Numbered from the stretch's first letter, positions 1 to 9,287 are shown. The stretch: DNA of 64,000 nucleotides from Patescibacteria group bacterium (GCA_049325535.1 JBMOKY010000001.1:749942-813941); one strand, 5' to 3'. Numbers and translations are program-made. Notes: generated from the sequence alone by a model not told the origin.

Positions 1-1645
1 CACGATTTACGCAAAAAATGCTTCACTCATCTATAAAGGCACGAAAATAAACATCGTGGATACTCCCGGCCACGCTGATTTCAGTTCGGAAGTCGAGCGA
101 GTGCTGCGCTCCATCGATTCAGTACTACTCATCGTCGACGCTCAAGAAGGACCCATGCCCCAGACCCGCTTTGTCCTAAAAAAATCCCTGCAGATCGGAC
201 TGCACCCCATCGTGGTGCTCAATAAAATCGATAAACCCGCAGCTGATACTGACCGTGCCCACGACCAGGTGCTGGAATTATTCATGGATCTCGGCGCCAA
301 TGATACGCAGCTAGATTTCGTCACACTGTATGCCATCGGCATCGACGGAATCGCCAAGAAAAAACTGACAGATGAAAGCACGGATATGACTCCGCTGCTC
401 GACGCCATCCTGGAGCACGTACCACCTGCGCCGCATGACACCTCGCTGCCCCTGCGTATGCAACCATTTAATCTCGCATATGACGACTACTTGGGGCGTA
501 TGGCAATCGGGCGGATGTATGAAGGTGTGATCACCCAGGGCCAAACGGTGACTATACTGAACACCGGCGGAAACCATCGTCGTGCCACCATCACTAAACT
601 ATTCACCTTCAATGGCTTCGACCGCCAAGTCGTCCAAACCGCCGAAGCCGGCGATATCATCATGATCGCCGGAATCGCTGACATAGACATCGGAGAAACC
701 ATCTGCGCCTCAGAAACGCAGGAACCTCTGCCGGCCATCCTCATCGACGAACCGACCATCGCCCTGGATGTACTGGTAAACAATTCTCCTTTCGCCGGCA
801 GAGAAGGCACCTATGTGACCAATAGCCAGCTTCGCGAGCGTCTGCGCAAAGAGCTCGAAGTAAACGTCGGACTGGCTATTGATTTTTCCGCCAGCGACCG
901 CTACCGCGTCCACGGCCGCGGCGAAATGCATATCGCCATCCTCCTGGAAAACATGCGCCGCGAGGGATATGAAATGCAAATTTCCCAGCCGCAGGTCATC
1001 AGTAAAGAAGTCGACGGTATCCTCTCGGAGCCGTTTGAGGAGGTCACTATCGACATTCCCAGTGAATACGCCGGTACGATCATCGAAAAATTGTCCCAGC
1101 GCGGGGGCGCCATGACCGATCTGCGGCAGCACCAGACGCAATCCCGACTTCTCTTCGAAATCCCCACCCGCGGTCTGCTCGGATATCGTGGGGAATTTGT
1201 GGTGGATACCCGGGGCGAGGGCATCATGGCCTCACGGCTGCTCGGGTTCCGCCCCTATGCCGGCGACATCCGTAAGCGCGCCACCGGTTCCATGGTTTCC
1301 ATGGCCACAGGCAAGGCGCTCGGCTTTTCATTGGACAATTTACAAACCCGGGGCCAGCTGTATATTGGCCCCAATATCGAGGTATATGAGGGTATGGTCA
1401 TCGGAAACGTGTCCAAAGGCGACGACATGACCGTGAATCCGATCAAAGGAAAGCAACTGACCAACATGCGGGCTTCGGGATCAGACGACGCCATCGCGCT
1501 CACCCCGCCGATTGAACTGACTATCGAACGGGGCATGGAAATAATGAATGACGACGAGTACCTGGAAATCACTCCGCGGAGCGTCCGGCTCCGGAAACAG
1601 TTTCTCAAAGCGGTCGACCGAGTACGCGCCTATCGCAAAAAATAA
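1..1645 (+). CDS. typA: Translational GTPase TypA/BipA, 5-prime truncated by window edge (in-frame TRINIVDTPGHADF continues upstream of the listed ATG at 56)
   Basis: G3 motif DTPGHADF and G4 motif NKID are present. Full-length collinear similarity to BipA family (EF-G-like domains II-V). The frame is open from position 2. Confidence 0.9.
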   Translation, partial: TIYAKNASLIYKGTKINIVDTPGHADFSSEVERVLRSIDSVLLIVDAQEGPMPQTRFVLKKSLQIGLHPIVVLNKIDKPAADTDRAHDQVLELFMDLGANDTQLDFVTLYAIGIDGIAKKKLTDESTDMTPLLDAILEHVPPAPHDTSLPLRMQPFNLAYDDYLGRMAIGRMYEGVITQGQTVTILNTGGNHRRATITKLFTFNGFDRQVVQTAEAGDIIMIAGIADIDIGETICASETQEPLPAILIDEPTIALDVLVNNSPFAGREGTYVTNSQLRERLRKELEVNVGLAIDFSASDRYRVHGRGEMHIAILLENMRREGYEMQISQPQVISKEVDGILSEPFEEVTIDIPSEYAGTIIEKLSQRGGAMTDLRQHQTQSRLLFEIPTRGLLGYRGEFVVDTRGEGIMASRLLGFRPYAGDIRKRATGSMVSMATGKALGFSLDNLQTRGQLYIGPNIEVYEGMVIGNVSKGDDMTVNPIKGKQLTNMRASGSDDAIALTPPIELTIERGMEIMNDDEYLEITPRSVRLRKQFLKAVDRVRAYRKK

Positions 1646-1716
1646 TCATGCTCAATAAAAAAAGGGCGGGATGCGGACATCCAACCCTTCCGGTATGCGC
1701 TTGCGCATACCACCGG

Positions 1717-2202
1717 CTATTTACCGAACTGATACGAGTCAGCCGGCAGCTCGACGTACCAATCAGCCGGCAGTTCCATGAGCTCAGGAAACTCCTGGAG
1801 CCCGAGAAAATCATAGTCACTGAGCGTGCGGAGCACCAGCGTGTCATGGTCATACACGCTCTCATACAGCTCCACATACACACAGGTGTACGTGGAATCT
1901 TCGTGGAGCTTGCTCCATAGATCCTCGCGCTCAACTACGAAGCTGCCGTGCGGGCACTCAAACACGATCGCCCGCTTCTCCCGCGTACGGACCGAGGTAA
2001 CGGCCAAGCCGACTCCGATGCCGTCACTTGTCGGATTAAATGTCGGGCCGACGGCGCTGCCGTGAGTAGCGGGGGTATACACCAGCTGTTTGACGACTAC
2101 CGGTTCAGTGAGCAGCGGCGACCGCTCATGTTTTGACTGCCGACAGCCCATACACAGCAGCATACCACTCACCAACGCGACAGAAATCATGATCCGAAAC
2201 AT
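1717..2202 (-). CDS. Hypothetical lipoprotein (signal peptide with lipobox LLCMGC)
   Basis: ORF with GGAGGG SD 4 nt upstream of the internal ATG (MFRIMISV...). Hydrophobic leader ends in L-x-x-C. No recognisable catalytic motif. Confidence 0.5.
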   Translation of the reverse strand: MFRIMISVALVSGMLLCMGCRQSKHERSPLLTEPVVVKQLVYTPATHGSAVGPTFNPTSDGIGVGLAVTSVRTREKRAIVFECPHGSFVVEREDLWSKLHEDSTYTCVYVELYESVYDHDTLVLRTLSDYDFLGLQEFPELMELPADWYVELPADSYQFGK

Positions 2203-2406
2203 ACATCCCTCCAGTGCAGAGTTAATAGGATACGATCGAACAATTGCCAATGAACGGTAAAACATAAAAGTCTATCCTAAAATTGCACTTATGTCAAGGG
2301 AAACTCCAGCGACACCCCGCTGGCACGCCATTTGACTACCATCTTTTTTCTATGGCAAGATTGGATTCATCCGGACTAATGTCCTTAACTGCGTTCGTTG
2401 AAGTAT

Positions 2407-3252
2407 ATGGTATCCCTAAAATTCTTATACAAAGTCACCCGCATAGAGCAGTGCCTCATCGTCAGTTTGAGCACCTGGCTTATTGCCCTGCTCTCGGACG
2501 GGCCGCTGTGGTTTAACCAGCCGAAAATAGCCGCTGGCGTCAGCATGTTTTTCAGTTGCCTCGGCGCCAGCCTCTACCACTACGGACGACGACATGACGT
2601 CTACGCCAAAAAATGGTATGACTTGGTGCTCGTCAACCGTCCGATGTTGCTCATCCTATCCGGAACAATTTCCTTCTGCTGTTCCATCGTCACCGCCGCC
2701 GCATTTCTACCCCCGTTTTGCACATGGATAGCGATTGCCAATTTCATGATTATCATGCTCTACGCGAATTTCCTGGATCAGTACTGGCCATTTAAAAACA
2801 TCGCTATCGCGCTCGTCTGTGTCACCCCGATCATCATGGGTTGGTATTCGGGTCACCGGCTGCACCCTATCGTTCCATTCCTTATCGCGGCAATATTCTG
2901 CGCCTATCTCGCCCGGGAAATCCTCAAGGATATCCAGGATCGCTCGGCAAACCACGGAAAACGATTTACCATGGTGATGTCAATCGGCATCACCGCTTCC
3001 CAGCGGATAGCAGCCGCACTGCTCAGTCTGGCCGCCCTATTTCTCATCGGCGGACTGGTACCACTCGTTGATTCTTCATCCATCGTGCTGACGATCATTG
3101 CCATCCCCTACCTCTGGGGCATTTTCCTGCTCTTCCGCTATGCCCGCTATCTCCTGGCTCCAGCGCCGATCGCCCATCAGTACCGAACCATTGATTTCGG
3201 CATGCTGGCGCTGATGATCTCAACGCTGGGTTTGCGCGTACTGCTGCATTAA
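2407..3252 (+). CDS. Polytopic membrane protein, possibly a divergent UbiA-family prenyltransferase
   Basis: 8-9 predicted TM helices. The motif KDIQDRSANHGKRFT resembles the second Asp-rich motif of UbiA prenyltransferases (DxxGD...G..T). The first NDxxDxxxD motif is not evident. The listed ORF starts at TTG 2398; the first ATG is 2407. Confidence 0.4.
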   Translation: MVSLKFLYKVTRIEQCLIVSLSTWLIALLSDGPLWFNQPKIAAGVSMFFSCLGASLYHYGRRHDVYAKKWYDLVLVNRPMLLILSGTISFCCSIVTAAAFLPPFCTWIAIANFMIIMLYANFLDQYWPFKNIAIALVCVTPIIMGWYSGHRLHPIVPFLIAAIFCAYLAREILKDIQDRSANHGKRFTMVMSIGITASQRIAAALLSLAALFLIGGLVPLVDSSSIVLTIIAIPYLWGIFLLFRYARYLLAPAPIAHQYRTIDFGMLALMISTLGLRVLLH

Positions 3253-3261
3253 CCACAAAAA

Positions 3262-3293
3262 AGAGGGGCATCGTCCGATGCCCCTTCTCACCT
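3262..3293. terminator. Hairpin GAGGGGCAT-cgtccg-ATGCCCCTT; strong T-run on minus strand (terminates 3314..3538), weak U-tail on plus strand
   Basis: Perfect 8-9 bp GC-rich stem seen in sequence, flanked by AAAAAA (plus) = UUUUUU (minus). Confidence 0.6.
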
Positions 3294-3313
3294 CCACTGA
3301 TAAACAGATGGCG

Positions 3314-3538
3314 CTACCGTTCCCGGTCGAGACTTTCTGCATCAGCATGAGTCGCGGCGGGCGGTTTGATCTCCGGTTCGGCGGCCAGCTCCGCCGCTGA
3401 CTGGCCACGTTCCTGGCCAATCGTCTCCACGAGACTGCGACAGAGCGCATTGAGCGACAGGGCGATACTTGCCATAGGATGCGTCTCAGCACATACATGC
3501 GCTTTTTTGAGCGTGTCTTCGATGCTCGATTCTGACAT
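3314..3538 (-). CDS. Small hypothetical protein (74 aa)
   Basis: AAGGAG SD 7 nt upstream of ATG. Terminator hairpin lies immediately downstream (3262-3293). No recognisable domain. Confidence 0.5.
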   Translation of the reverse strand: MSESSIEDTLKKAHVCAETHPMASIALSLNALCRSLVETIGQERGQSAAELAAEPEIKPPAATHADAESLDRER

Positions 3539-3636
3539 ACTCGACTCCTTCTCTCCTATAGGATGTGTGCGATAATATTCATGTACATGTCATCAGTCGT
3601 GCCTCACACTACTCCAGTCCAACCATGCTGTCAATA

Positions 3637-3673
3637 TAAAAAAATACCCGTCGTCCGATGTGCGAACGACGGG
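3637..3673 (-). terminator. Rho-independent terminator, copy 1 of a recurrent module (CCCGTCGT-ccgatgtgcga-ACGACGGG + U-run)
   Basis: 8 bp stem, followed on the minus strand by UAUUUUUUUAU. Lies just 3-prime of the minus-strand gene 3694..4542. Confidence 0.7.
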
Positions 3674-3693
3674 AAAAGTGCTCTCATGAACTA

Positions 3694-4542
3694 TTATATC
3701 CGGTATTTCCCGTAGAAAACACCCAGAAACTCCATGATGCCCTGCAGTGCCTGCTCCGTACCGGCTCCTGCATACCGCTCGACATTCGTAACATTGGCAT
3801 CGACGGTCAGCTGCGTCAGGAGGAAGGAAATGTCGCTGTATGACAGCGAATCAAACAGCTCAGCTACCCTGACCGAATCGTTTGGCAGCGCATTCAGCGT
3901 AAATGCTTCCGGACGTCGACCCATGGACAGGACAAGCTGTTCCCGCTCGTCACGGCTCAGAGACACAATCTCTTCCCAGCGACCATCGGTAAACTGATCG
4001 AGGATAATCCGTACCACCATGTGCGCCCGCAGCTCCCCATAGAGCCACTCCGGCGACAGCGGTTCGGAATACGGTTCCTGCCCGGTCACCCAATCAGACG
4101 CGTGCTGCAGCTCGTGCGCCAGAAACAGTCCCCGGGAAATGCGGGAGAAATCACCATCACAGAGCGAAAGCGCCCGCGTATCCATGTCAAAAGTTGCGGC
4201 GACCACAGCGGTATTGTGAGCTACAGACACTGATTCAGGATGCACCCACACATAGAAATACGTCAGCGCCCGACTCGAATCCACAGTGAGCAGATCGCCA
4301 TTTGCCAGACGGGTCGCCGGCACGGCATTCAAATCGTAGAATGCCAATATTGATTTCGCCACCTCGCTCTGGTGCGCCAGCCAAACCAGACTTTCATGTG
4401 CCCGAGTGAGCACAGCTCGCTCATGCGCAGTCAGCGTCGGCTGTACTGGCACTTCGGGCAGGTCAGGCTGATCAGAGCTGCATCCGGCCATGATAACCAC
4501 GGCCACCACACAGAGTAAACACATGACAACGTGCTTTTTCAA
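3694..4542 (-). CDS. Lipoprotein with HExxH motif (HELQH), putative secreted zinc metallopeptidase
   Basis: Signal peptide plus lipobox (IMAGC). A single HELQH motif in the C-terminal half. No closer family assignment is possible by eye. Confidence 0.55.
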   Translation of the reverse strand: MKKHVVMCLLCVVAVVIMAGCSSDQPDLPEVPVQPTLTAHERAVLTRAHESLVWLAHQSEVAKSILAFYDLNAVPATRLANGDLLTVDSSRALTYFYVWVHPESVSVAHNTAVVAATFDMDTRALSLCDGDFSRISRGLFLAHELQHASDWVTGQEPYSEPLSPEWLYGELRAHMVVRIILDQFTDGRWEEIVSLSRDEREQLVLSMGRRPEAFTLNALPNDSVRVAELFDSLSYSDISFLLTQLTVDANVTNVERYAGAGTEQALQGIMEFLGVFYGKYRI

Positions 4543-4635
4543 AGATACCTCCGGATAAAACGGTTGTTTTGGTTTTATTTTTTACACCCGAGTCTAGCAC
4601 AAAGTGCAAAAAAGTCAAGGCTGTCGCTTGCCATA

Positions 4636-4669
4636 GAAAATACCCGTCGTCCGATGTGCGAACGACGGG
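4636..4669 (-). terminator. Rho-independent terminator, copy 2 of the same module (33-nt repeat aaaatacccgtcgtccgatgtgcgaacgacggg, identical to 3641-3673)
   Basis: Hairpin identical to copy 1, followed on the minus strand by UAUUUUCUAU. Lies 3-prime of gene 4696..5835. Confidence 0.7.
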
Positions 4670-4695
4670 TAAAACTCACTGAACGATATGCGAGA

Positions 4696-5835
4696 TCAAA
4701 CCTTCACCAGCTGATCAGGATTCAAGCCCTGCAGCCGCTCCGGGACAAAAATGCCATCCTTTCGGATGAGCACCCCATCGAGCCAGATCTCGCCTCCGCC
4801 GAATTCCGGGCGCTGGATGCAGACGATATCCCAATGAATAGCGCTGTTGTTCCCGTTTTCGGCGGGCGTACCGGTATAGGACTGGCCGGGAGTGAGATGA
4901 AACGACCCGGCGATCTTCTCATCGAAGAGCGTCTCACCGATCGGCAGCCGGATGTGGGGATTCAACCCGAAGGCAAACTCCCCGAAATACCGCGCGCCAG
5001 CATCGGTATCCAGGAAGTCATTCAGACGACGTACGTCGCCCGAACCACAGGTCGCTTCCATGATCCGACCCTTTTCCACCACGAAACGGACATTCTCGAA
5101 GCGCTGACCCTCCTTGGTCACGGTCACGGTATTGTACTGAATGACACCCTCCATCGACTCGCGCACCGGAGCGGTATAGACCTCCCCATCGGGAATGTTC
5201 CGCTTGCCGTCACACTTGACGGCACCGATACCGGCGATACTGAATCGCAGGTCAGTCTCGCCCGGACCCTTGATCTGTACCTCTGCGGCCTCATTCACCA
5301 GGTCAAACAGCGGATCCATGGCCCGGGACATGCGATCGTAGTCGAGCAGGACGGTATTCATGTAGTAATCGTAGAAAGCCGACTGGCTCATGCCGGCCAG
5401 CTGGGCCATTCCCGGCGTCCACATACGCGTCAGTATCCAACGCGTATGCTGAATGCGCTGATCCTGCAGATGCTTGCCCATGCCGGTCGACACCATACGC
5501 ATCTGCTCCTTCGGCACATCGGCCAATTCGTACATGTTGTCAAAACCCCGGAAGACAATGAACACCTGCGTGGCCATCGCCTGATTCAGGGGGCCGACGT
5601 GACACACCCGCTCAGCATGGGGCGTCAGCTGCATGTTCACCTTCCGGGTAATCCGGTCGTTACCGAGCCAGACCGAGGCAACGGTTCCACCAGCCCGGTT
5701 GACCGAATCGATGACCGCCTCGATCATCTCGATCGGCGTGCCGTCATTCGCCTGAATGATGACCAGTTCGCCCTTTTTCACCTCGGTGCAATAATTGACC
5801 AATTGGTCGGCGAATTGTGAAATCCTCGAATCCAT
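4696..5835 (-). CDS. M29-family aminopeptidase (AmpS/PepS, aminopeptidase T-like)
   Basis: Collinear similarity to the thermophilic aminopeptidase T family (…EVYTAPVRESMEGV…, …DTDAGARYFGE…, …NNSAIHWDIV…). Start moved to the internal ATG (MDSRISQF...), which has a purine-rich RBS. The listed ORF start at 5982 adds 49 aa with no support. Confidence 0.8.
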   Translation of the reverse strand: MDSRISQFADQLVNYCTEVKKGELVIIQANDGTPIEMIEAVIDSVNRAGGTVASVWLGNDRITRKVNMQLTPHAERVCHVGPLNQAMATQVFIVFRGFDNMYELADVPKEQMRMVSTGMGKHLQDQRIQHTRWILTRMWTPGMAQLAGMSQSAFYDYYMNTVLLDYDRMSRAMDPLFDLVNEAAEVQIKGPGETDLRFSIAGIGAVKCDGKRNIPDGEVYTAPVRESMEGVIQYNTVTVTKEGQRFENVRFVVEKGRIMEATCGSGDVRRLNDFLDTDAGARYFGEFAFGLNPHIRLPIGETLFDEKIAGSFHLTPGQSYTGTPAENGNNSAIHWDIVCIQRPEFGGGEIWLDGVLIRKDGIFVPERLQGLNPDQLVKV

Positions 5836-5953
5836 GAAATACACTCTCTTTCCCCTCTCGTCATGAGAGGTGTTTTTTGTATAAATAACCCTTTTGATTG
5901 TTGGTTTTTCTAATCCTGCTATCTTATACCACCACTTCCCCGCTGGCAAGTAT

Positions 5954-5988
5954 AAAAAAACCGCTCGCAGACACGTGTCCACGAGCGG
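5954..5988 (-). terminator. Terminator for lipoprotein gene 6017..7078 (CCGCTCG-loop-CGAGCGG + U-run on minus strand)
   Basis: 7 bp stem. A7 on the plus strand gives U7 on the minus strand. Confidence 0.6.
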
Positions 5989-6016
5989 GTAATAGGGTTT
6001 GGTAGAAGGAACAAAT

Positions 6017-7078
6017 TTACTTGTTTTTTGGGACGAGCCACCAATAGCAGCCCGACAGATAATAGTGGCAGAGCTCCCCGGCCACTTTCGGCAGGTACTC
6101 CGGTTTTTTCAGCCGGATAGTGATAACGGCGTTTTCCTCCAGATACACGCCCTGATCCCCCACCCACTCGACCAGATACTTCTGGCCATAGGTGGAGAAG
6201 TAGAATTCCTGACCACCGGCAGTGATCGAGAATTCTTTATCCGTTGGTTTCGGATCCTTCCGCAATCGGTCGAATCCGATCACGCGGTACCACCCGGCGG
6301 GATTTCGTAACTGAACGGTCGCACTATAGTGCTCCCAATCAATTTCCCAGCAGGCCGTATCGCAGAACGCGTCCACCGGGACATAGATCGTGATAGTCAC
6401 CGTATCGACTATCGGCACGTAAATGGTGTCCGGCGGCAAATACAACGTATCTGTCTCATGGACAAATACGGTATCGTGTACCACGTACGGTACAAGTACC
6501 GTGTCGATCACGATAATCGTGTCGAAGACATGGGTAGTGTCGTGCGCCCACTGCCAGACAGTATCACCCGGCAGAAACACGATGACGGTATCATGGATAT
6601 ACATGGGTACAAACGTAGTGTCGATCAGCGTAACCGTATCGACCACTACCACTGTCACGGTGTCCGGCGGTACAGTAACCGTAATCGTGTCGGGAGGCAA
6701 TACCACCGTATCCGGGGGCAAATAGACGCTGTCCAGCGGCACGCACTGCATGGCCACGAGGACAGAATCACGCGCTCCGGCAGCGTCCTGGACATATGCC
6801 CAAAACGGATATCGGCCGACTTCGGTAGGGACAAATGTCGCCGCCAGCTTTTCACTGACCGTTTCATGGCCGTATTTCCATACGGTCTGGTAGGGGGCTT
6901 TTCCGCCCTCCGGCTGCATGTACAGCCCGACGCCATACCCCACCGGAATAGTGTCCGGCAAAGCAAAGGCGCGAAGCTGCAGTGGCGTCGCCGTCGGTGC
7001 GGTCGGCAGTTTCTCGGCACAGCTGACGATGATAATCGCCAGTACGGCAATCACGAGTACGGCATACATGCGCTTCAC
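6017..7078 (-). CDS. Repeat-containing lipoprotein (tandem PPDTVTV / DTV repeats)
   Basis: Signal peptide plus lipobox (VSCAE). The central region is built from about 15 degenerate DTV(x)V/PPDT repeats, visible as a DNA tandem repeat at about 6400-6750. No enzymatic motif. Confidence 0.6.
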   Translation of the reverse strand: MKRMYAVLVIAVLAIIIVSCAEKLPTAPTATPLQLRAFALPDTIPVGYGVGLYMQPEGGKAPYQTVWKYGHETVSEKLAATFVPTEVGRYPFWAYVQDAAGARDSVLVAMQCVPLDSVYLPPDTVVLPPDTITVTVPPDTVTVVVVDTVTLIDTTFVPMYIHDTVIVFLPGDTVWQWAHDTTHVFDTIIVIDTVLVPYVVHDTVFVHETDTLYLPPDTIYVPIVDTVTITIYVPVDAFCDTACWEIDWEHYSATVQLRNPAGWYRVIGFDRLRKDPKPTDKEFSITAGGQEFYFSTYGQKYLVEWVGDQGVYLEENAVITIRLKKPEYLPKVAGELCHYYLSGCYWWLVPKNK

Positions 7079-8049
7079 TGGTCACCTCCTTTGACGGCGG
7101 TGAAGAGCGAAACCCCGAGATAGACCCCGTGGTCCCAGTCGACACGATCGACGCCTCGGACGGAAATTTCCGCCAGGGCGTATTTCGCGGTGACGCCGAG
7201 ATGTCGGTAGACATAGCGCAATCCGAATGTCGGACCCTCGCGCTTCTCGGCATAGCGACCGTATGCGGTCGCATACGCCTCAAACCGCTGCCAGCCGACG
7301 AGCGCGTCCCAATGATGATTGAGCCACGGACGCCAGGCGAGTCCGACGTGCACATACCGGTAGTGAAGCTTCAGTTTTTCCTGAAAAGTCCGATCGTGCC
7401 GATACAGGGAATGACCGCCTTCAGCTTCAAAGCGCAAGCGGTCGTTCCCGAGCTGACCAAAAACGAACGGCACAAATTCCTCGCCGACATATGCCAGTCC
7501 GAGCCCGAGCCAGGCATTTGAGATGATGCGGTGGTGCGGTGTCGTATCACACACATAGACTGTGTCAGGCTCCGACACATCAGCCACTGCTCCGTGTTCC
7601 AGTCCAGAGACGCTCGCCGCCATCAGACGGATAGTCACATACCGTCGGACGGTACCCGTATCGTTCTCCACGGCCGTCGCGGTACTGTAGACTCTGGCCA
7701 TGTCGGCACCGTATAACTCCAGAATCGTGGAACCCGTGACGTTTCGTTCCTCCGAAACAACCACATTGTTCTTGATGTGGTTTGCGCGATAGCGGACGCC
7801 GTCGGCGTTGCTCTTCACGCTGATCAGCAGTGACTGATTTGCATTGAACCGATCGACGATCCGCCGGATGTCCGCATCTTGCCCCTGCATGATGCGATCG
7901 AGCGCCCCCATACCTTCGTTCCGACCGAAAGTGACCGTCACCGAATCGATGGCGGAGAACTCGATCATGGGAGAATCGGCTCTGGCCGGCTCCGGACTGA
8001 TCAATGTGATGATGCACAACATACCGACGGCGCATGCCAAACGTTTCAT
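7075..8049 (-). CDS. Secreted hypothetical protein, beta-rich C-terminal half
   Basis: N-terminal signal peptide (cleavage near ARA-DS). 4-bp overlap (ATGA) with the downstream lipoprotein gene suggests an operon. Confidence 0.55.
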   Translation of the reverse strand: MKRLACAVGMLCIITLISPEPARADSPMIEFSAIDSVTVTFGRNEGMGALDRIMQGQDADIRRIVDRFNANQSLLISVKSNADGVRYRANHIKNNVVVSEERNVTGSTILELYGADMARVYSTATAVENDTGTVRRYVTIRLMAASVSGLEHGAVADVSEPDTVYVCDTTPHHRIISNAWLGLGLAYVGEEFVPFVFGQLGNDRLRFEAEGGHSLYRHDRTFQEKLKLHYRYVHVGLAWRPWLNHHWDALVGWQRFEAYATAYGRYAEKREGPTFGLRYVYRHLGVTAKYALAEISVRGVDRVDWDHGVYLGVSLFTAVKGGDQ

Positions 8050-8173
8050 GAACTACCTCCTTGGTAGATTTGATGGGTGAACAGGTTGTCAAAGTAACAT
8101 ATACTAGTCTAAGTATCCCAATCTGTTTGGATTGGAATATCGAAGTGTACTCCAATCGGTGAAAATGTCAAGA

Positions 8174-8209
8174 TAAAAAACACCCGCCGCTCGATGAACG
8201 AACGACGGG
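8174..8209 (-). terminator. Rho-independent terminator, copy 3 (divergent) of the recurrent module (…cgatgaacgaacgacggg; stem with one G-U wobble + UGUUUUUU)
   Basis: Shares the 3-prime arm and loop core with copies 1 and 2. Lies 3-prime of gene 8228..8434. Confidence 0.6.
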
Positions 8210-8227
8210 ATGAGTAAGAAGAACGGG

Positions 8228-8434
8228 TCACCCGTGGATGATCTCGACCTGATGGTGGTCGAGGATCCGGGCGATTTGCCGCTGCTGGTCGGCTGTCAGT
8301 TGAACGGCCGAAAGCTCGGCGATCACCGCGGTGGTTTCCGGAACGGAAACCAATTTCGAGAACAGATTGACAACCGTGACCAGGTCAGCGGGTGTCCGCT
8401 CTGCCTCGGAACCAACGATACAAAGGGACATATG
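8228..8434 (-). CDS. Small hypothetical protein (68 aa)
   Basis: GGAGG SD 4 nt upstream of the internal ATG (MSLCIVGS...). Terminator lies downstream. The competing plus-strand ORF 8210..8482 lacks any signal. Confidence 0.5.
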   Translation of the reverse strand, partial: HMSLCIVGSEAERTPADLVTVVNLFSKLVSVPETTAVIAELSAVQLTADQQRQIARILDHHQVEIIHG

Positions 8435-8560
8435 TCCTCCGATGAAGATGTGATGTGCGCAACTGTCAATGACGTGAGATGATAGCACGACTGGCATAGA
8501 CTGTCAATATCGCTGATAGCCACGGACGATGTCGCTCGGAAAATCCAGTGCGACTGGCGG

Positions 8561-9211
8561 TCAGTCGGACTGACGCAGACGAAAAATTACATCTGCATAG
8601 TCGGTGGCGCCGAAAATGACGCTCCCGGCTACGAGCATATCAGCTCCTGCAGTAATTATCTGACTGGCGTTATCCGGCTTCACCCCGCCATCGACGGAGA
8701 TGAGTGTGGCCAGCCCGCGCTGGTTGATACCCTGGCGGAGTTTCCGGATTTTCTCGACACAGCCGGGGATGAGCGCCTGACCGCCAAAACCAGGATTGAC
8801 GGTCATGACCAGCACCAGATCGATCAGCGGCAGTACCTCATCCAGAACCCCGATCGGTGTGGCTGGATTGATAGCCACGCCTGCCTGCGTACCAGCCTCC
8901 CTGATGCGCTGGATGGTCCGATGCAGATGCGGACATCGTTCCTGATGGACTGTCACATAGTCTGAACCAGCCTTGAGGTACTCATCGAGCAGATAATCCG
9001 GATTATCCACCATCAGATGGACGTCCAATGGCAGCCGGGTAAACTCTCGAACCGAACGGATCACCGGCGGGCCAAATGTCAGATTCGGCACAAAATGCCC
9101 ATCCATCACATCCAGATGCAGTAGATCGGCTCCGGCCCGTTCAATTGCCGAGATTTCTTCGGCGAGCCGGACGAAATTCGCCGACAGTAACGACGGAGCA
9201 ATGCGTACCAT
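8561..9211 (-). CDS. rpe: Ribulose-phosphate 3-epimerase
   Basis: Full-length match to the Rpe family (…HLDVMDGHFVPN…, …MTVNPGFGGQ…, …VDGG…). Confidence 0.92.
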   Translation of the reverse strand: MVRIAPSLLSANFVRLAEEISAIERAGADLLHLDVMDGHFVPNLTFGPPVIRSVREFTRLPLDVHLMVDNPDYLLDEYLKAGSDYVTVHQERCPHLHRTIQRIREAGTQAGVAINPATPIGVLDEVLPLIDLVLVMTVNPGFGGQALIPGCVEKIRKLRQGINQRGLATLISVDGGVKPDNASQIITAGADMLVAGSVIFGATDYADVIFRLRQSD

Positions 9212-9287
9212 AGGTACACCTCCTCTTCAAAAAGTGAAAAAGTGCTTTATTCAATTTAGTCTATTACCGTACCCCACTTTAATCTCT

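Noticed and set aside
142-1608. Multiple minus- and plus-strand ORFs (142..441, 311..577, 487..810, 710..1141, 901..1227, 1255..1608 etc.) inside typA
   Set aside because: All overlap the strongly supported TypA reading frame, so they are shadow ORFs.
4531-5820. 429-aa plus-strand ORF listed in the six-frame track
   Set aside because: It is entirely antisense to the M29 aminopeptidase gene, which has clear family similarity on the minus strand. It has no SD or domain signal, and its composition (R/H/L/G-rich) is typical of a shadow ORF in moderately GC-rich DNA.
6329-7123. 264-aa plus-strand ORF (His/Arg-rich) and 100-aa ORF 6423..6725
   Set aside because: Antisense to the DTV-repeat lipoprotein. 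The low-complexity repeat DNA keeps all frames open. No initiation signals.
8210-8482. 90-aa plus-strand ORF
   Set aside because: Competes with the minus-strand 68-aa ORF, which has a GGAGG SD and a downstream terminator. The plus ORF has neither.
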